From positions 434,001 to 498,000 of the forward strand of contig NOWV01000027.1 of the NCBI GenBank assembly GCA_003344405.1: 64,000 nucleotides of DNA, written 5' to 3'. The position numbers and the translations under genes are program-made. How positions within the stretch are numbered: position 1 is the first letter of the stretch; each line of letters opens with the position of its first letter. Shown piece by piece: positions 38,701 through 51,962 of this stretch. The notes under the pieces are model-generated. The model made no database searches. It was given only the letters and a program-made list of their open reading frames with translations, and was not told the DNA's origin. Source of the DNA: Trichoplax sp. H2 (lineage: Eukaryota).

Positions 38701-39271
38701 AAATGTAAAGGGTTCTTTCTCTTTCCACTTGCGGCGTGGTGATAGAGAAGGTGCATTCGCCGAATAAATGCTATCAGCTATTAGAGGAGTAATTCAAGTC
38801 GAATTACAAAATTGAAACTAACCCGAATACGGACTACCTCATATATAATGTTTTTTATCCATGAAATTTATTCCCATGTAACCTTTCAACGTATTATTAC
38901 CTTGATCAACACTTAGAGAAAGATTGAGTTTTCCTCGTCTCGCATTTATGCTCGGGCGAGCGGTTAACGATTGCTGACGAGTAATTTTAGTTGCACGATT
39001 GCCTTTTTTTGTACCTCCTTTAACCAACTCCGATACATGAACAGGGAACTCTTCCTGTTCACCATCTGTATTAATTTATTTAAAGAAGGTAATATGAAGG
39101 ATTTGAAAGAGTATTATCAATAAATCATTTATTACATCCTTCGAAGAAAGACCACTGTGCCTTACCTAACACTTTCGTTTCGGTAGTGCATTGAGTAATG
39201 GTCTGTTTACCAATTTTATCACCTGATTTAACAAAGGTATGATTTGTTTCACAAGTACCATTGGCGGCCAT
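35720..39271 (-). CDS. Unrecognised Ser/Lys-rich, probably largely disordered protein with a helical C-terminus; ~12 exons
   Basis: From ATG 39271, phase-compatible GT-AG splicing keeps one open frame through exons near 39271-39166, 39066-38900, 38777-38500, 38409-38337, 38163-37720, 37504-37289, 37050-37016, 36779-36701, 36601-36475, 36364-36313, 36164-36109 and 35803-35720 (TGA). No family recognised; some boundaries are approximate. Confidence 0.75.
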
Positions 39272-42200
39272 ACTTAATACTTTCTGTGTTAATGGCAATG
39301 ATATTGAATGTGCATTAGCGATTTGATTCTACTTGTGAACTAGATAGATCGTAGGATACTATCGACATTTGTCATGCATTTAGTCAATATCGTTAACAAG
39401 ACTAAAAATTACCTTACTAAATATTTAGACTAGCCAAAGGTTAATTCTTGAATATAGCTAACTGTAAATGTTTGTAATATAGAATAATTTAAGGAAAAAA
39501 GGCGTAACTTTTCCATAAAACTAATTATCAAAATATAACTATGCCATTGTCATCCATAATGCTATGTAGCGTTAGGATCTGGAAGCTGGAGCTAATAAAT
39601 TTTTGACAACAAAAGTTGTTAGGGTGTACTGTTAATACTGAACGGAACAAAGAGAAATTTGGTATTTACAGTTAACACAAACATTACTTCTCCTATGCAC
39701 AAATTGCCATCAACTGATACTCCAAATGAATACCATTGTACTGTAAAATAAATTTGAAGAGTGCTCCTCAAAATTAACAATACTGAGCTAGTACGTCTGA
39801 CAGTATTTTAGCTCATGCGATCACATCAGTAATCGTTTCTAAATCTTTTTTACACAAGAGCATCTATGGGATTGTTGAAGCAAAATCGCAAGCTCGAAAT
39901 AGGTAAGGCCTGCTAAGTCAAAATCGTCGTTATATACTATGCAAAGCTTATCGCTAGAAAAAAGGCGATGTCGGATGGATTAACAGACAATCAAATATAG
40001 TTTTCAGGAAGAACTATGCAACGAAAACTGTACTACAGCTTCATATTTTTACCTACCTCAATGTAGCCTTACAGTTACAATATGTAATATCTTTCAAGTG
40101 AATGATTGATCATGCCATTAAGTTGGCCAGTAAAGATCTAACAATACTCTTCGAGTACTATTTCAAGAATATAATGCCAAATACCTATAAACTGCGACAG
40201 ATAATACAATAAGAATAACAATTCAACGTAATTTTAGTAGATTTACATCAGATAAAGAGCATTAGCGGATTGGGCAAAGTATTCTACGTTCTTTATTATT
40301 ATCGGTGACAATATTACTGAAGCTATCAGAGTAAAACGAAAATGTTAATACTTTTTCAAGTTATGATTACGTCAGACACGTAACTGTATTAAACTTAAAT
40401 TTCTAAATTATGAATTCTGATAGAAGTGGTACAAATAGATTTAGAAGTATCCTCTATATATTAGCATACTATAGAACCATAAGTAGATCTAATTAATCGT
40501 AAGTTAAATTAATTAAAATTGTTTTAGAAATTGAGTTTTCTAGGCTTACATTAGTACTATCGGACTATGGAATCATAATTGGATCAAAAATTAAATACTA
40601 AGCTATTGGTATTTAACAAAGGAAATCAAAATGATAGCTACCGATGTAGTTGAATGAATAGAATATCACTACATCCATAAATATCAGACAAATAATAATC
40701 AAATTATCAATTTTTATCTCAATCATATTGATCTGCGTCATAGACTTGCGTAGCATGATACAATATCACAACAACTACGCAAGGATTCGTGATATATGAT
40801 GATAAATAATTAATTGCAAGCTATCGCTTATAGTATGAGCTATGAAGCAACTAAATTGAGTAAAATCTCTATTCAGATACGATAATACTGTAATGTGTAA
40901 AGCGATAAAATTTTAAATGACACAAACACTAGTCGATAAGCCAATCGCACGAGTGAGAAAATTTGATTCTATGCAAAGTGTTAAGGTGTTGCAAGTCACA
41001 GTACTTTACTTAATTTGTATGATCATTTGAGATGGCGATAATTCGCATTTAGGGTAATTAAGATTTTCAAGTCATAGTTACAGATGATAATTTGATGTTA
41101 ATCTAGTGTCATGATATTTTTTGCAATAGCAATAGTGTAGATTAATCTTGTTGTATTTCAGTATAGCATGAGGAACGACTCCTTAAAGACAGTTTAGATA
41201 AGACTGCAAATAACAGAAAGACTTACTTTAGATTTACGACTATTCTCCTCCTTGAAAATTTTGAAAATTAATTATATCTTGAACAATAGAAAATTTTAAA
41301 GTTATGCTTTCTCTTTATGTTTATAAAAAAAGCAATAAAAGTTAGAGGGCACAACCTAAATTAGACTAGGTTAGCAACAAAAAAGTACCAATAATATCGA
41401 TATGAAAAGCAAGCGCTTTAATATCAAACTGAAGTGATTCTTCACGAGGTGAGAATATGATACAATCCAACATCCATCTATAGATTAATGGCACAGACTA
41501 GGCTCAATTTAACAAATATCGACCAGATGTTGTTTTTAAACTGAAACAATTGATTCAATATACAAAAAAGTAAACCATAACAAGATAACAATTAAGATAA
41601 TCAATTACAGCGCAATTAATTACATTACTACAGCATTATGGCATTCATATGAGATTGATTTCATGAGCAGGAGCAGTATGGCCATCGTTCGTAAGGTAAC
41701 AAGGAATCGGAAGTAAATGAATCAATCGCAAAAGCAACTGATGCTAGTTTCTGCCCTTAAATCAAAAAGATGGAAACAGACACGATAAAGTATTACTGTA
41801 CTAGTCATTTTAAGTACTAGTTCTAAACTATTCTGATCTAGATACTATAAGCGTTTGCCCCTGGTATACAAGTAAATCATCGCCGAATTACAAGCAAAAA
41901 CTGAAATTTATAAAGTTAACTGTTTACTAGGTACAGTTAACTCATTCATCATTACCATTTTAGGGACACATAACACAGATAATTTGAAAGAATACCAATC
42001 GACTCGAGTTATCAGCAAAAGAATAGACCTTAACGTTGCCAGACTGATGCTGTTTTCTGCTATTATGTAATAACTTGATAATTAATTATATGAATGATTG
42101 TATCGCTTTATAGGACTTTCCGTGATAGTTATGCTGTAGACCGGTGTGCAATCTAAAGTACAACTGCTATAATTAATCTTTAGCTGTAAGTCTGCGATAT

Positions 42201-43686
42201 ACGGTACTACATCTAACCTACGTATTGCCTTCAAATACAGTTTTGTATATGTCTAACGATGTATGCTAAGTATTACATGCAATTTATACCAGAATATCAT
42301 ATTTCATAAAATTAACATTCGGATTCTGGATATAATTGTAGTTGATATACCTATTTGACACTTTATATCTTTTGTACCACATCTACATAGAAAATTACAG
42401 TAAATACTAGATAAGTTATATTAATGATGATGCAACCTGTTTCCTACATCGCTACAATGTACTAGAGATTTCAATTGAAAGCAGCAGAAATCCTTATTTC
42501 ATTTGTAGTCGCTTGACGTCACTAAGCAAGCTAAAGATGAATAAATAATAAATAAAGGTAGATGTTATTATAGCTTATCCATCATTGCATTAATATTTGT
42601 TGTAAATAAATTGTATTAAATTAGAAGTAAATACAGATGCGAAATGTATTGTCAGCACACCAGGTACCAGGTGCTCCAACATTACTGCGCAACAATACGA
42701 GCTGTATTCCTATACTGTTCATGCGATGTAGATCTATAGAAGTGCTATTTTCAGTTAAAATTTACACTTGTTATTTCAATCTATTGCACTATATGTATAT
42801 ATACCTGTCTAGTCTGAAATTCAGAATGTTACCAAGTACAGCCTATCCAGAACCATCCTATGACGATAGGTACAAAATTTCGTAATTGGCCTAGTTTTCT
42901 TGCTAAAGCCGATAGCGTACACTTTAGAGTATTGCATACTTCCATTTATTCTAGATACACCATTAAAAACTTGACTTATCCGTTGGACTAGATTATCCCT
43001 ATGTATGAGAATACCAGCAAGCATATTAAAGTAATGTTTCAGTCCAGCATAAACTTTTCTACACAGTATCAATTAGATCCTGATTGAGTCTATCTTAACC
43101 ATAATAAAGCCTGGAAAGCCGAAATGAAGTTGAGCCTATCTAATATATAATATCAATAAACTGTTTTATGCTGCTTGTGATTCGTAATGAAATTAATTCT
43201 ACACATCGGTGATAGTGAGTGATTTCGCTTGACGTTTTTCATAGGATCAGTAAATTCTTTTTAACTGTTGTCAGAGCATGTCATAAAATAGTGATGTATT
43301 TGAATGATTACTGAGAAAGGACAAATACTAAACAACTTATAGAAAGCAATATCCATTTATTTCTCAGCTATCTTCCGATAATACATTGAAGAGACAGGGA
43401 ATAAAACATTGCAATTTTCATTATATTTTTATGTATCAATTGAATACACAACCGTAATATAAATCAGCAAATAAGTATAACGTAAGCCCTTGTATGTCGA
43501 CAATATAACAAATTTTAACTAAACTAAGCACATGACTAGAATTCATCACGTTACACATTGATATCTTCATACGTCAGACAAGCAACGCTATTACGGGCTA
43601 AACTACTGTAAATTGAACAAACCCAAGCCAGCGTAATCTTATAGTATTTCAAGATTAACACTTAGTAACATGAATGCAGGATTTGT

Positions 43687-44481
43687 TTATTTATTGAAAC
43701 CTTTAATGACCATAGACATCAGCTTGACCCTATCTTCTCTCATGATAGATACTTCTTCTCTCAATAATTTAATTAAGTCAGTCAAAACATTTAATGGTTC
43801 ATGTCTATTATTAGCACTAAGAAGTTCTTGCTTCATTTCCAATTTAATCTGTTGTACTTCAATTTCCCGTTCTTTTAGTTTTATCAGAAAGTCTTGTTTT
43901 AAACTTATTTCTTTTCTGGCTAACTTAAGCTCCGTGACAATGTCGGTAAGCTGACTTTGTAAATTTTTTAGGTCAGGGCCTGTCGATAATTCCAAACGGT
44001 TGTTATCATTTAATCGAGATTCTGTGTCGCCATCGACTGAAATTTCCGATTCACTTGATTCAGGAGCATTGCCATCATTTGGGATATTGGTAATGTCAGT
44101 AGTGGAGGTATTTAACGAATCTCTAGATCGAAGCTGCTTTGAGTGGCTATAAGGTAATTTGTTCTTTTCGCTTAATCTCTTTAGTTCTAATAATTTTTGA
44201 ACTAACATGTCTCTTTCACGATGATCTGTTGTTGACCCAGATAATCTACGATATTTAGAATCCGTTTTCCGCTTTCCATAAGTTACTAAGTTTGCTATCC
44301 TAATTCGACACTTGTGATGATCAACAGCAATCTTGCAGCTATTGCTAACATGATCGGCTATTTCTTGCCAAATAGGCATCATAAATCCTCGAGCCATTCT
44401 AAACGGATCCATTTCAAGTGTCTTTCTTAGCAAGACTATGTCAATTTTAACCGTAAATCGGAAGCCAGTAGAACTAGTCAT
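43687..44481 (-). CDS. Myb/SANT-like (trihelix-type) DNA-binding domain protein with C-terminal coiled coil; single coding exon
   Basis: 264-aa ORF: FRFTVKIDIVLLRKTLEMDPF...PIWQEIADHV...VDHHKCRIRIANLV...RRLSGSTTDHRERDMLVQKLLEL, then an acidic Ser-rich linker and heptad repeats. Confidence 0.72.
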   Translation of the reverse strand: MTSSTGFRFTVKIDIVLLRKTLEMDPFRMARGFMMPIWQEIADHVSNSCKIAVDHHKCRIRIANLVTYGKRKTDSKYRRLSGSTTDHRERDMLVQKLLELKRLSEKNKLPYSHSKQLRSRDSLNTSTTDITNIPNDGNAPESSESEISVDGDTESRLNDNNRLELSTGPDLKNLQSQLTDIVTELKLARKEISLKQDFLIKLKEREIEVQQIKLEMKQELLSANNRHEPLNVLTDLIKLLREEVSIMREDRVKLMSMVIKGFNK

Positions 44482-47400
44482 CTAGGTACAACAATTACAT
44501 CCAAATTTAAAAATTACTTTAAGTTTATTCTACAAGGGATATTCTACCTCTACATTTATACAGTATAACTGTGGCGCTCATTTTTTTTAGCATACTAGAT
44601 GAAGATTATTCAGTTTGAGCAACATTGATGACGTTATTCTACCTAGGCGATCATTACACCTACGAGTATTGACAATTTCTTGTTGCATTCATTTAACTTA
44701 TCCTCTTTGTAATAAACGTTTACAGTACACCATCATCACCAACTAGAAATAATGTAGCTGTACAAGTTGGATAGCTAGTTCCAAGTTAGCACCAGTGAAC
44801 CTCTAGCATCATTTGGCCAAGCTATAGTCGTCAGCGTTTATCTAGAACTGGTTATGATACAACTACCAACACTACTAATTCATACTACAAACTGCGATCA
44901 TCTGCAACATTTATCCAGGCATGAACAATGGTAATTAGTATATAAGCAAAACAAGAAAGCATAAAATAAAATAAAATTGAATTTGTAGTTCATTGAATTT
45001 AGCAACCATGACCATACTGTCGTTATGCAATTAACTAATTATATAATCAATCGATACTACGCGTACCAAACCGAAAATTGTATACAAATCGCGTCTTTAA
45101 TTCTATCACAAGTACCAGAACGCGAATAATTTATTTGGATCGCATTGCTGACTAATTCGATATGAAACTGCGAGCACGTTACAAACACTACAGCAACAGC
45201 TTAAACATGTGGACATACAGTATAATAAAATAATTAATAATGCCTTGATTTAAAATAAATTCAGTTATACCAAATGTAAACTAGAAATTAGTTAGTTTGT
45301 TTCCAATTGAAATATCCTATTATGAATAAAAATGTACTGTCAGCTGTATCCTAAATTTGCATTTTTAATCAATTTTTTCATTTTTATAAAACTGCTGTAT
45401 AGATCATATCTCATCAAATTGTAATTTTTCATGCGTACAAACAGCTATACATTGTAATCAATACTTGATATTTTCTATGCCACGCTGTTTTCAATAAGTA
45501 TTAAAAGATTAATTACACTCAGTATGCATAAATAGGCAAATATGCAAGCTAGCGTATATTCTAATCAGGAACTAGTAAGCTCGATTTTTTTTTTTCTATA
45601 GAAAACTTAGTTTAGTTATCCTTGCCGTAATCGACATTCGATAATTCTACTAAATTCCATCAAAACAGTAATAAAGATAGTAAAATTGCATGTGAGTACA
45701 ATTACAGTCAGATATACTATGTATAATTGTACATGTTGCATTGTGATCAATTGATTATTAGTAATATCAAGTTATATATTTTGCTAACGACTTTTATGCT
45801 AAACAGATGAAATTATACCAGCACTTAAGCAGTCTAAAGCTGCAATCGATAAAATTGCCAGCTTATAAGTTGCTGCATATAACACGATCGACACTTAATA
45901 TCTCTGCATGACCTTAACCTTAATACTTATGTCAAGATTAATAAAATATCTTGCGCGTTACATGCAACTTTCGATTTCTTTACTGTATAATGTCAAAGGC
46001 TTACAGATATAAATACGTATTGCGTACACATAAACTTCTGTAACTATCTACCATGACTGACTTTCAATATTTTCTATGCTATAGAGCACGGTATATTTCG
46101 TCAAGGGCATAATTTCCACATCAGCCGTATACTGCAAGTACATGCTCTATATTCTCACAGTATTCGTATCATAGCATCCAAGACAGCTAAAAAAATTTCA
46201 CGCATAAGCTATAATGCGGCGATTTTTAAATTTCAATATGTTCATGATGCAGCATATATTTTACCAAGACTATCGTAAGATAACATGCTAAAAAGAAACA
46301 CATAATGTCCCATCATGATTGCTCACATCACAGAAAACCTCTTTAACCAACTCTCGTTGTATTATCAAATATGAGGTATTCACCCATAGTTGTCGGAAGT
46401 ATTCTAACAGCGACTTTAATAGTAGAATTGCTAGTTTAGGGATAGATGGACAAAATAAAATGATATTACTCTTATTCTTGATATGTAATGCAAAATAGTG
46501 ACGCACAGTGGCTAAACAAAATCTAATCTTGTAATCCTATGCGCAAAAGATTTTTTCCTGTAATTGAAAGGCATATTTGCAGTACTGTACAATTAGATAC
46601 TGTATACTGTATACGGGTACAGAGTATAATGATTTACAGAGTTTATTTACAGTATAGTATCAAGTGACTACAGACTTGTTGCTTTGTACGCAGGTCCAGG
46701 TAACCAACCATTCTCTTCTGCTACTATAGCGTAAATAGGTAAAAATTATTAATAGCAACCCACTGGAACCGGTAATACATCAAAAAAATTACAGGAAATG
46801 TTTAATAAATAAATATTGGCTTTACCTTTGTCATAAATTAGGAATTTCTAATAACTCCGCTGGCTATGTGATGTTATAATTGACATAAAATTAGTCACAG
46901 TAGTCTAAACTTCATTTACAACAGCATATGGGCAGCTATAGAGATTCATCTTGCATACATATCTATTTCTACACATTTACTTTTCTTTTTATGTGATTAC
47001 TGGATGATAGCTATTTTTTTAGAGTTAATAAATAAATTACGGGAAGTTAAATTAATTTTATTATTTTTTATGCATGCTTGTCGTAGCATCATTGTGCCGT
47101 GTAAGTAGTGTCGATCATATTATGTTTTCAGAATTACTGTTAAGAAAACATTATAATACTATTTATACCGGTATGTATCGTCAAAGTACGGTAAGTCTCG
47201 ATAAAGAATAACTAGATAGCAATTAAAGTAATATAGTAATATGAACATTGTAATTAATACGTAGGCAGAGACAAGAAAGTTAGTCAATATTGTACTTGGT
47301 ATTATACAATAATACCATAAGTATATTACCTATAACTCTTACTTTCGCTGTGAGCCAGCAATTTCATTATTGCAGCTTGGATATATCAAATGAACTATTT

Positions 47401-50400
47401 TGGGCTCGATATTACAGATTAAATTATATTTTCATATATTGCCTATCACATAGCATCATTTCAAGGAAGGCAAAAATTCTAAATTCTATCTTAAATAATT
47501 GTTATCTTGTTAGTATCTGGATACAAAGGTAAATTTACCTTTCATGAATACTCTTGGGTGAAATTATTAACAGCAGTAATTGTTATTTAACGACTATCTG
47601 TTGCCTGTTAATAAAGACCATAAATGTTTAAAATTGGACTGGGAAGGTCACGACTCTATCGTAAATTATCATCAAGTAGAATTCAATTAGAATTAATAAA
47701 TAAAATAGTAAAATTCAAATCCAGTTAAAATATCAGTGGATAGTAGTAGTTTTTATTGCAATTTATTAGGAGGCCAATATTAGCAGAGGATGAGAATTAA
47801 CAATTATAGAAAGACCTTCCTTATATACAACAGACAAAAACATCTTGTACCATCTTACTAGTAACTACAGTATAACTTTCTACAGTAATTAGCACACAAA
47901 CGTCAACAGCTACTGAAGTTCGTTAATCTTGTAGACGTTACATTAAATTAGAATTAATAAAAGAATTTTACATAAAACATAATCCATCCTACTGGCTGAA
48001 TGTTGTCAGCAGTTGGGTTGCAACAATAAAAGTAGGATTATAAACGAAATGCCTAAAACTAGTCGGTAAGCAAAACAAAACACGATCAGCGTTGCTGAAT
48101 TTCAATGGCACCTTTGATCATCAATACAGAAAACGATTTTAAGTTCAACAAGGCTTGATTGTACGATCAATCAATAGAAATTATTGACTTAGTTTTTATA
48201 TTGTTTAGTGGTAGCATGGGAAGTCATAGGGTTTGCACCTTATTTATCAAATCTTTTATTTGGCTGATCTTTGAATTGGTCTAGTCAAGGACTTGTACAA
48301 GAAAAAGCTAAAAAAATCCCTTGGCCTAGTATGATGACTCAGATTATGATTGCGTTGATCACTTACTGATTTCAGAAAAGGTACAGGCGCAGTCTATTGG
48401 CGTTGCGTTTCTTCTCTTTCTTGGAAATAATTAATCAATTCTTTTCTTTGACGGTTGAATAATTAAGTGGAACAATACTCTAGTTGAGTGCATATTACAA
48501 ATATATTTGTATACTAAATATAATACAATCAACGTAAATATGCTACAATCGAATTCCATTAGAATATAACTAGAGAATCCACAGTACGGTCATTATATTA
48601 CCCTACTACAAGTTTTGTTTTTCTAGTTAGAGTAGATTCCGGCCGGTGTCATCAATCCAATTTATACTGTGACTCCGTGAGTCTGCTTTTATTTCTCACT
48701 TTTTTAGCTTTGAACATCAATTGAAAGTCTGTCACCGTATTTACTGTTATAACGAACATGAACGTCAGCCGTAGATTGCTAGCTGGCTTGATTTCTTTGC
48801 CGAAACCTACCAGTAAACTAACTGGAATCCTTTCTAAGGTAAGCCAAGATATGGAAAAAAAATGATCTAACCCCGTCTTCGAATTAAAAGAGATCGTAAA
48901 CAAATTGATTCATTGTTAATGACGCCATAATATACGTTGTCTACATTTTCAACTTCTTATACAAATCGTCGTAGGAAACAGATGACGAATACTAACATCT
49001 GTATTCTTCATCAACTGTACGATAGTTATCGATCGTTTTCAAGTAATTCTTTTTATAAAGCTTAATCGAATACGATAGGATACTGGCAATATAAGACTCT
49101 ATTTCTCGAACGGTTGGTAATCGGTCGATGATAGTCTTTCACGTAGTCAACTTTCTATGGGATAAATCGAGCAAAACATTGATAGTAGTCTTATTTCAAA
49201 GTGTACCATTATATCAGATAGAAATATACCGTTTCAACAGTGTTTACTGTTTTTTCGACCAATTTTACCAGTGCATATTACTATACAATGAAACAATCTA
49301 TTCTTTAGCGGTACGATCATTTGCCGTTAGAGTAGCTATATTTCTTTCATTCCTGTTTTTTTTACTTAATTTCGTTTTATCAGTGACTTTTTTCTTATTG
49401 TGTACTACGGTATATTAAATCCTACACTGAACGGAAAGTATGTAGTTAACCCATAAAGTGATTCTATCAAGATTCTACTTAATTTAATTGCCCGAAATGG
49501 AGCATATGGTTAAAGGTTGTGTTCTTCAAAATAACGTTCACTCTGAAATACTATAATAGTATTTATACAGTAAATATGAAAGAAAAAGCACTTTTGTACT
49601 GTAGTTTTATTACAATTTTCATAGCATTTTATGCCGTTGGCAATAGTCGTACCGTTCTACATTTCGCTCAATTTGCTGTAATTGATGGAGAGACCCAGAC
49701 TACGCAATATAGCTAATTCATAGCAGTAATAACGAGGAGGATTTCCAGTTATTTTTAAAGTTTTTAACTACCGGTTTATTTTTGATGACGTTTCTCTCTT
49801 CTTTACTACCGGGCACTACGCAATTTGTTTACTACGCCACAGTGGCGGGAGTACAGTACGTTCCTGGCGGTGCCACTCCACTTCATGACATCCATTCAGC
49901 TTAGTTACTTGTATAGTCATCAACGGCATGTTTAGGTATTAATACTATTATTATACTAAGTAAGTCGTTTAGTCCTTGACCTTACCTCTGCCCTGCCCCT
50001 ATGGCTATTGTGGACACTTCAACAACATCTGCCATACTACGCAAATAACTAATGGCAATAAAGTTTTCAATTTCATTTTAGGATAGTATAACTTCAACAT
50101 CACAATTCTAAGGATTTGATAAACTCAATTCTTTCGCTAGTAATCAAATCCTAACGATTGACATGTTTGGCTATACTGTACATGCAAATCGGCAGAGTAC
50201 AATAGCACATAAGCATGTTGTATTTGATTCAAAGCCAATCCACTAGTTATTTTCTGTTCTTAAAACATGGCAATAACAAGCACTCCAAAAGAATGAATAA
50301 TGCTGAAAATATGCCAAATGAATATTTTATGAGTCATACAAATTCAGTCTGTGTTGATTTAGCGGTTGCTATATTTACCATTTAACAACGATGATCTATA

Positions 50401-50930
50401 CTACCCAGTAGTACGGAACTAGAGCTCGCGAAGAATACCTTTTAATCTGCATATCATTTCGATACGGCGTAGCCTGTCTGATGTATAACCCCTTCCCCAA
50501 TAATGAAGTTTAGCTACTAATATTGCCTGGGGGAATTATACAGCATAAAATTTGAAAGAGTTTTGTAAATGCAATTAATACAACTGCACTCAATAATCCT
50601 TAAGTAATGAATTTAACACATCTCGTAAATGATCAATATATATTCATCAAAGTTTTTTCAAAATGACTACGAATATAAGGGATATGTACATTACGGCTAA
50701 ATGTCGCATGTTGAACAATCGGCTAGTGCCATCGTACAGTATTGATTATTTTTTTAGTTGACACTTACGCATTTTATAGAATATCTAATCGACTCCATAT
50801 TGTTATATGACAATAATTTATAATTTTACTTATTTATTACGCCAGGAATAATAATAAATAAGCAATTAATCTTATCGAATCATTATATGGGAATACTATT
50901 TGATTACATTATATCAATTTTCTTTTTTAG

Positions 50931-51962
50931 AATAATCGCTACCTAAATACAACTGCATCATTGCAATGTCAAGCAAATTTTACTCGCTTTGCTATACCAA
51001 CCATTTTAAAACGCTTTATTGAGCCACGTTATGTCGACATAACTGGATATGTACGTAACGGTGAAGTTCTTAAAATGATTGAGGAAGTTGGGCAAGTTGC
51101 TGTACGTAGATATTGGATGGGCGATATTTCTCCAGGGTTGACTACCAAATTTGGTATTTTAGCCGGTATTGATAAATTGAATTTTCGACAACATTTACTT
51201 CCTGAAGATTATGTTCATCTACATGCAAGGGTCAATTATGTTTCACAACATTCTCTTGAAGTCCAAGTTGACGTTTATGCAGAAGATTTATCGACCCATG
51301 AACGACGATTAGCAAATAGCGTTTCAATATGGTATGTGGCTGCTGAAGTAATGAAGGATAGGAGAGTTCGAGTTATGCAATTGCCTCCATTATATTATGA
51401 ATGCGCAGAAGATGAAGATAAAGGCCATGAAAGATATCAATTACAACGAGAAAAGCGATCCATGGATTATCAACTCTACTTAGATTATAAGTTTCCTGCA
51501 AGGTTATATGAAGATTGGAATACAAATATTGATTATAAGAATGTCCCAAAGCATTGCGTTCAATCATCACAAATGTCGTTAGATCGCATGGTTCAAACTT
51601 CAGACTGTAGTGCTCTCGGATTCGCTACTGCATCGCCGATCATAGAATTAATGGATACAACAGCAGTTATGGCAGCGTCTAAGCATTGTGATAATGCTTG
51701 CAAAACTTTGTGTATTGATTCTATCAACTTTCATCATCCAGTACGTATTGATTCCTTGCTAACAGCAGTTGCCAAAATCTCGTCAACATCCAAGCATTCG
51801 CTTAATCTTGAAATTGCGGCAATAGCTGAAGATCTAAGTACCGGTCAGAGAGAATTTGTTGCCAATGGTTTCTTCAAATTACTTTCTGCAGATGAAGAAG
51901 GTAATCCTCTACCTGTACCACCACTGATAGATGTAGGCGAGCTAGAACAACTGAGGCTCTAA
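50931..51962 (+). CDS. Acyl-CoA thioesterase, ACOT7-like tandem hotdog fold; large 3' exon, 5' exon(s) not resolved
   Basis: The frame is open from the acceptor TTTTCTTTTTTAG at 50930. Hotdog 1: GEVLKMIEEVG...ARVNYVSQHSLEVQVDVYAEDL; linker EEDKGHERYQLQR-like; hotdog 2: SDCSALGF...ELMDTTAVMAASKHC...IDSINFHHPV...TSKHSLNLEI...GNPLPVPPL. The track's start at 50961 is a TTG codon. Confidence 0.85.
   Translation, partial: NNRYLNTTASLQCQANFTRFAIPTILKRFIEPRYVDITGYVRNGEVLKMIEEVGQVAVRRYWMGDISPGLTTKFGILAGIDKLNFRQHLLPEDYVHLHARVNYVSQHSLEVQVDVYAEDLSTHERRLANSVSIWYVAAEVMKDRRVRVMQLPPLYYECAEDEDKGHERYQLQREKRSMDYQLYLDYKFPARLYEDWNTNIDYKNVPKHCVQSSQMSLDRMVQTSDCSALGFATASPIIELMDTTAVMAASKHCDNACKTLCIDSINFHHPVRIDSLLTAVAKISSTSKHSLNLEIAAIAEDLSTGQREFVANGFFKLLSADEEGNPLPVPPLIDVGELEQLRL

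Noticed and set aside
39300..50900. Short ORFs in the gene-poor interval (42637, 42821, 43670+, 46288, 47290, 48652, 49128, 49519)
   Set aside because: AT-rich random-like composition or antisense to real exons; no recognisable motifs or consistent splice chain.
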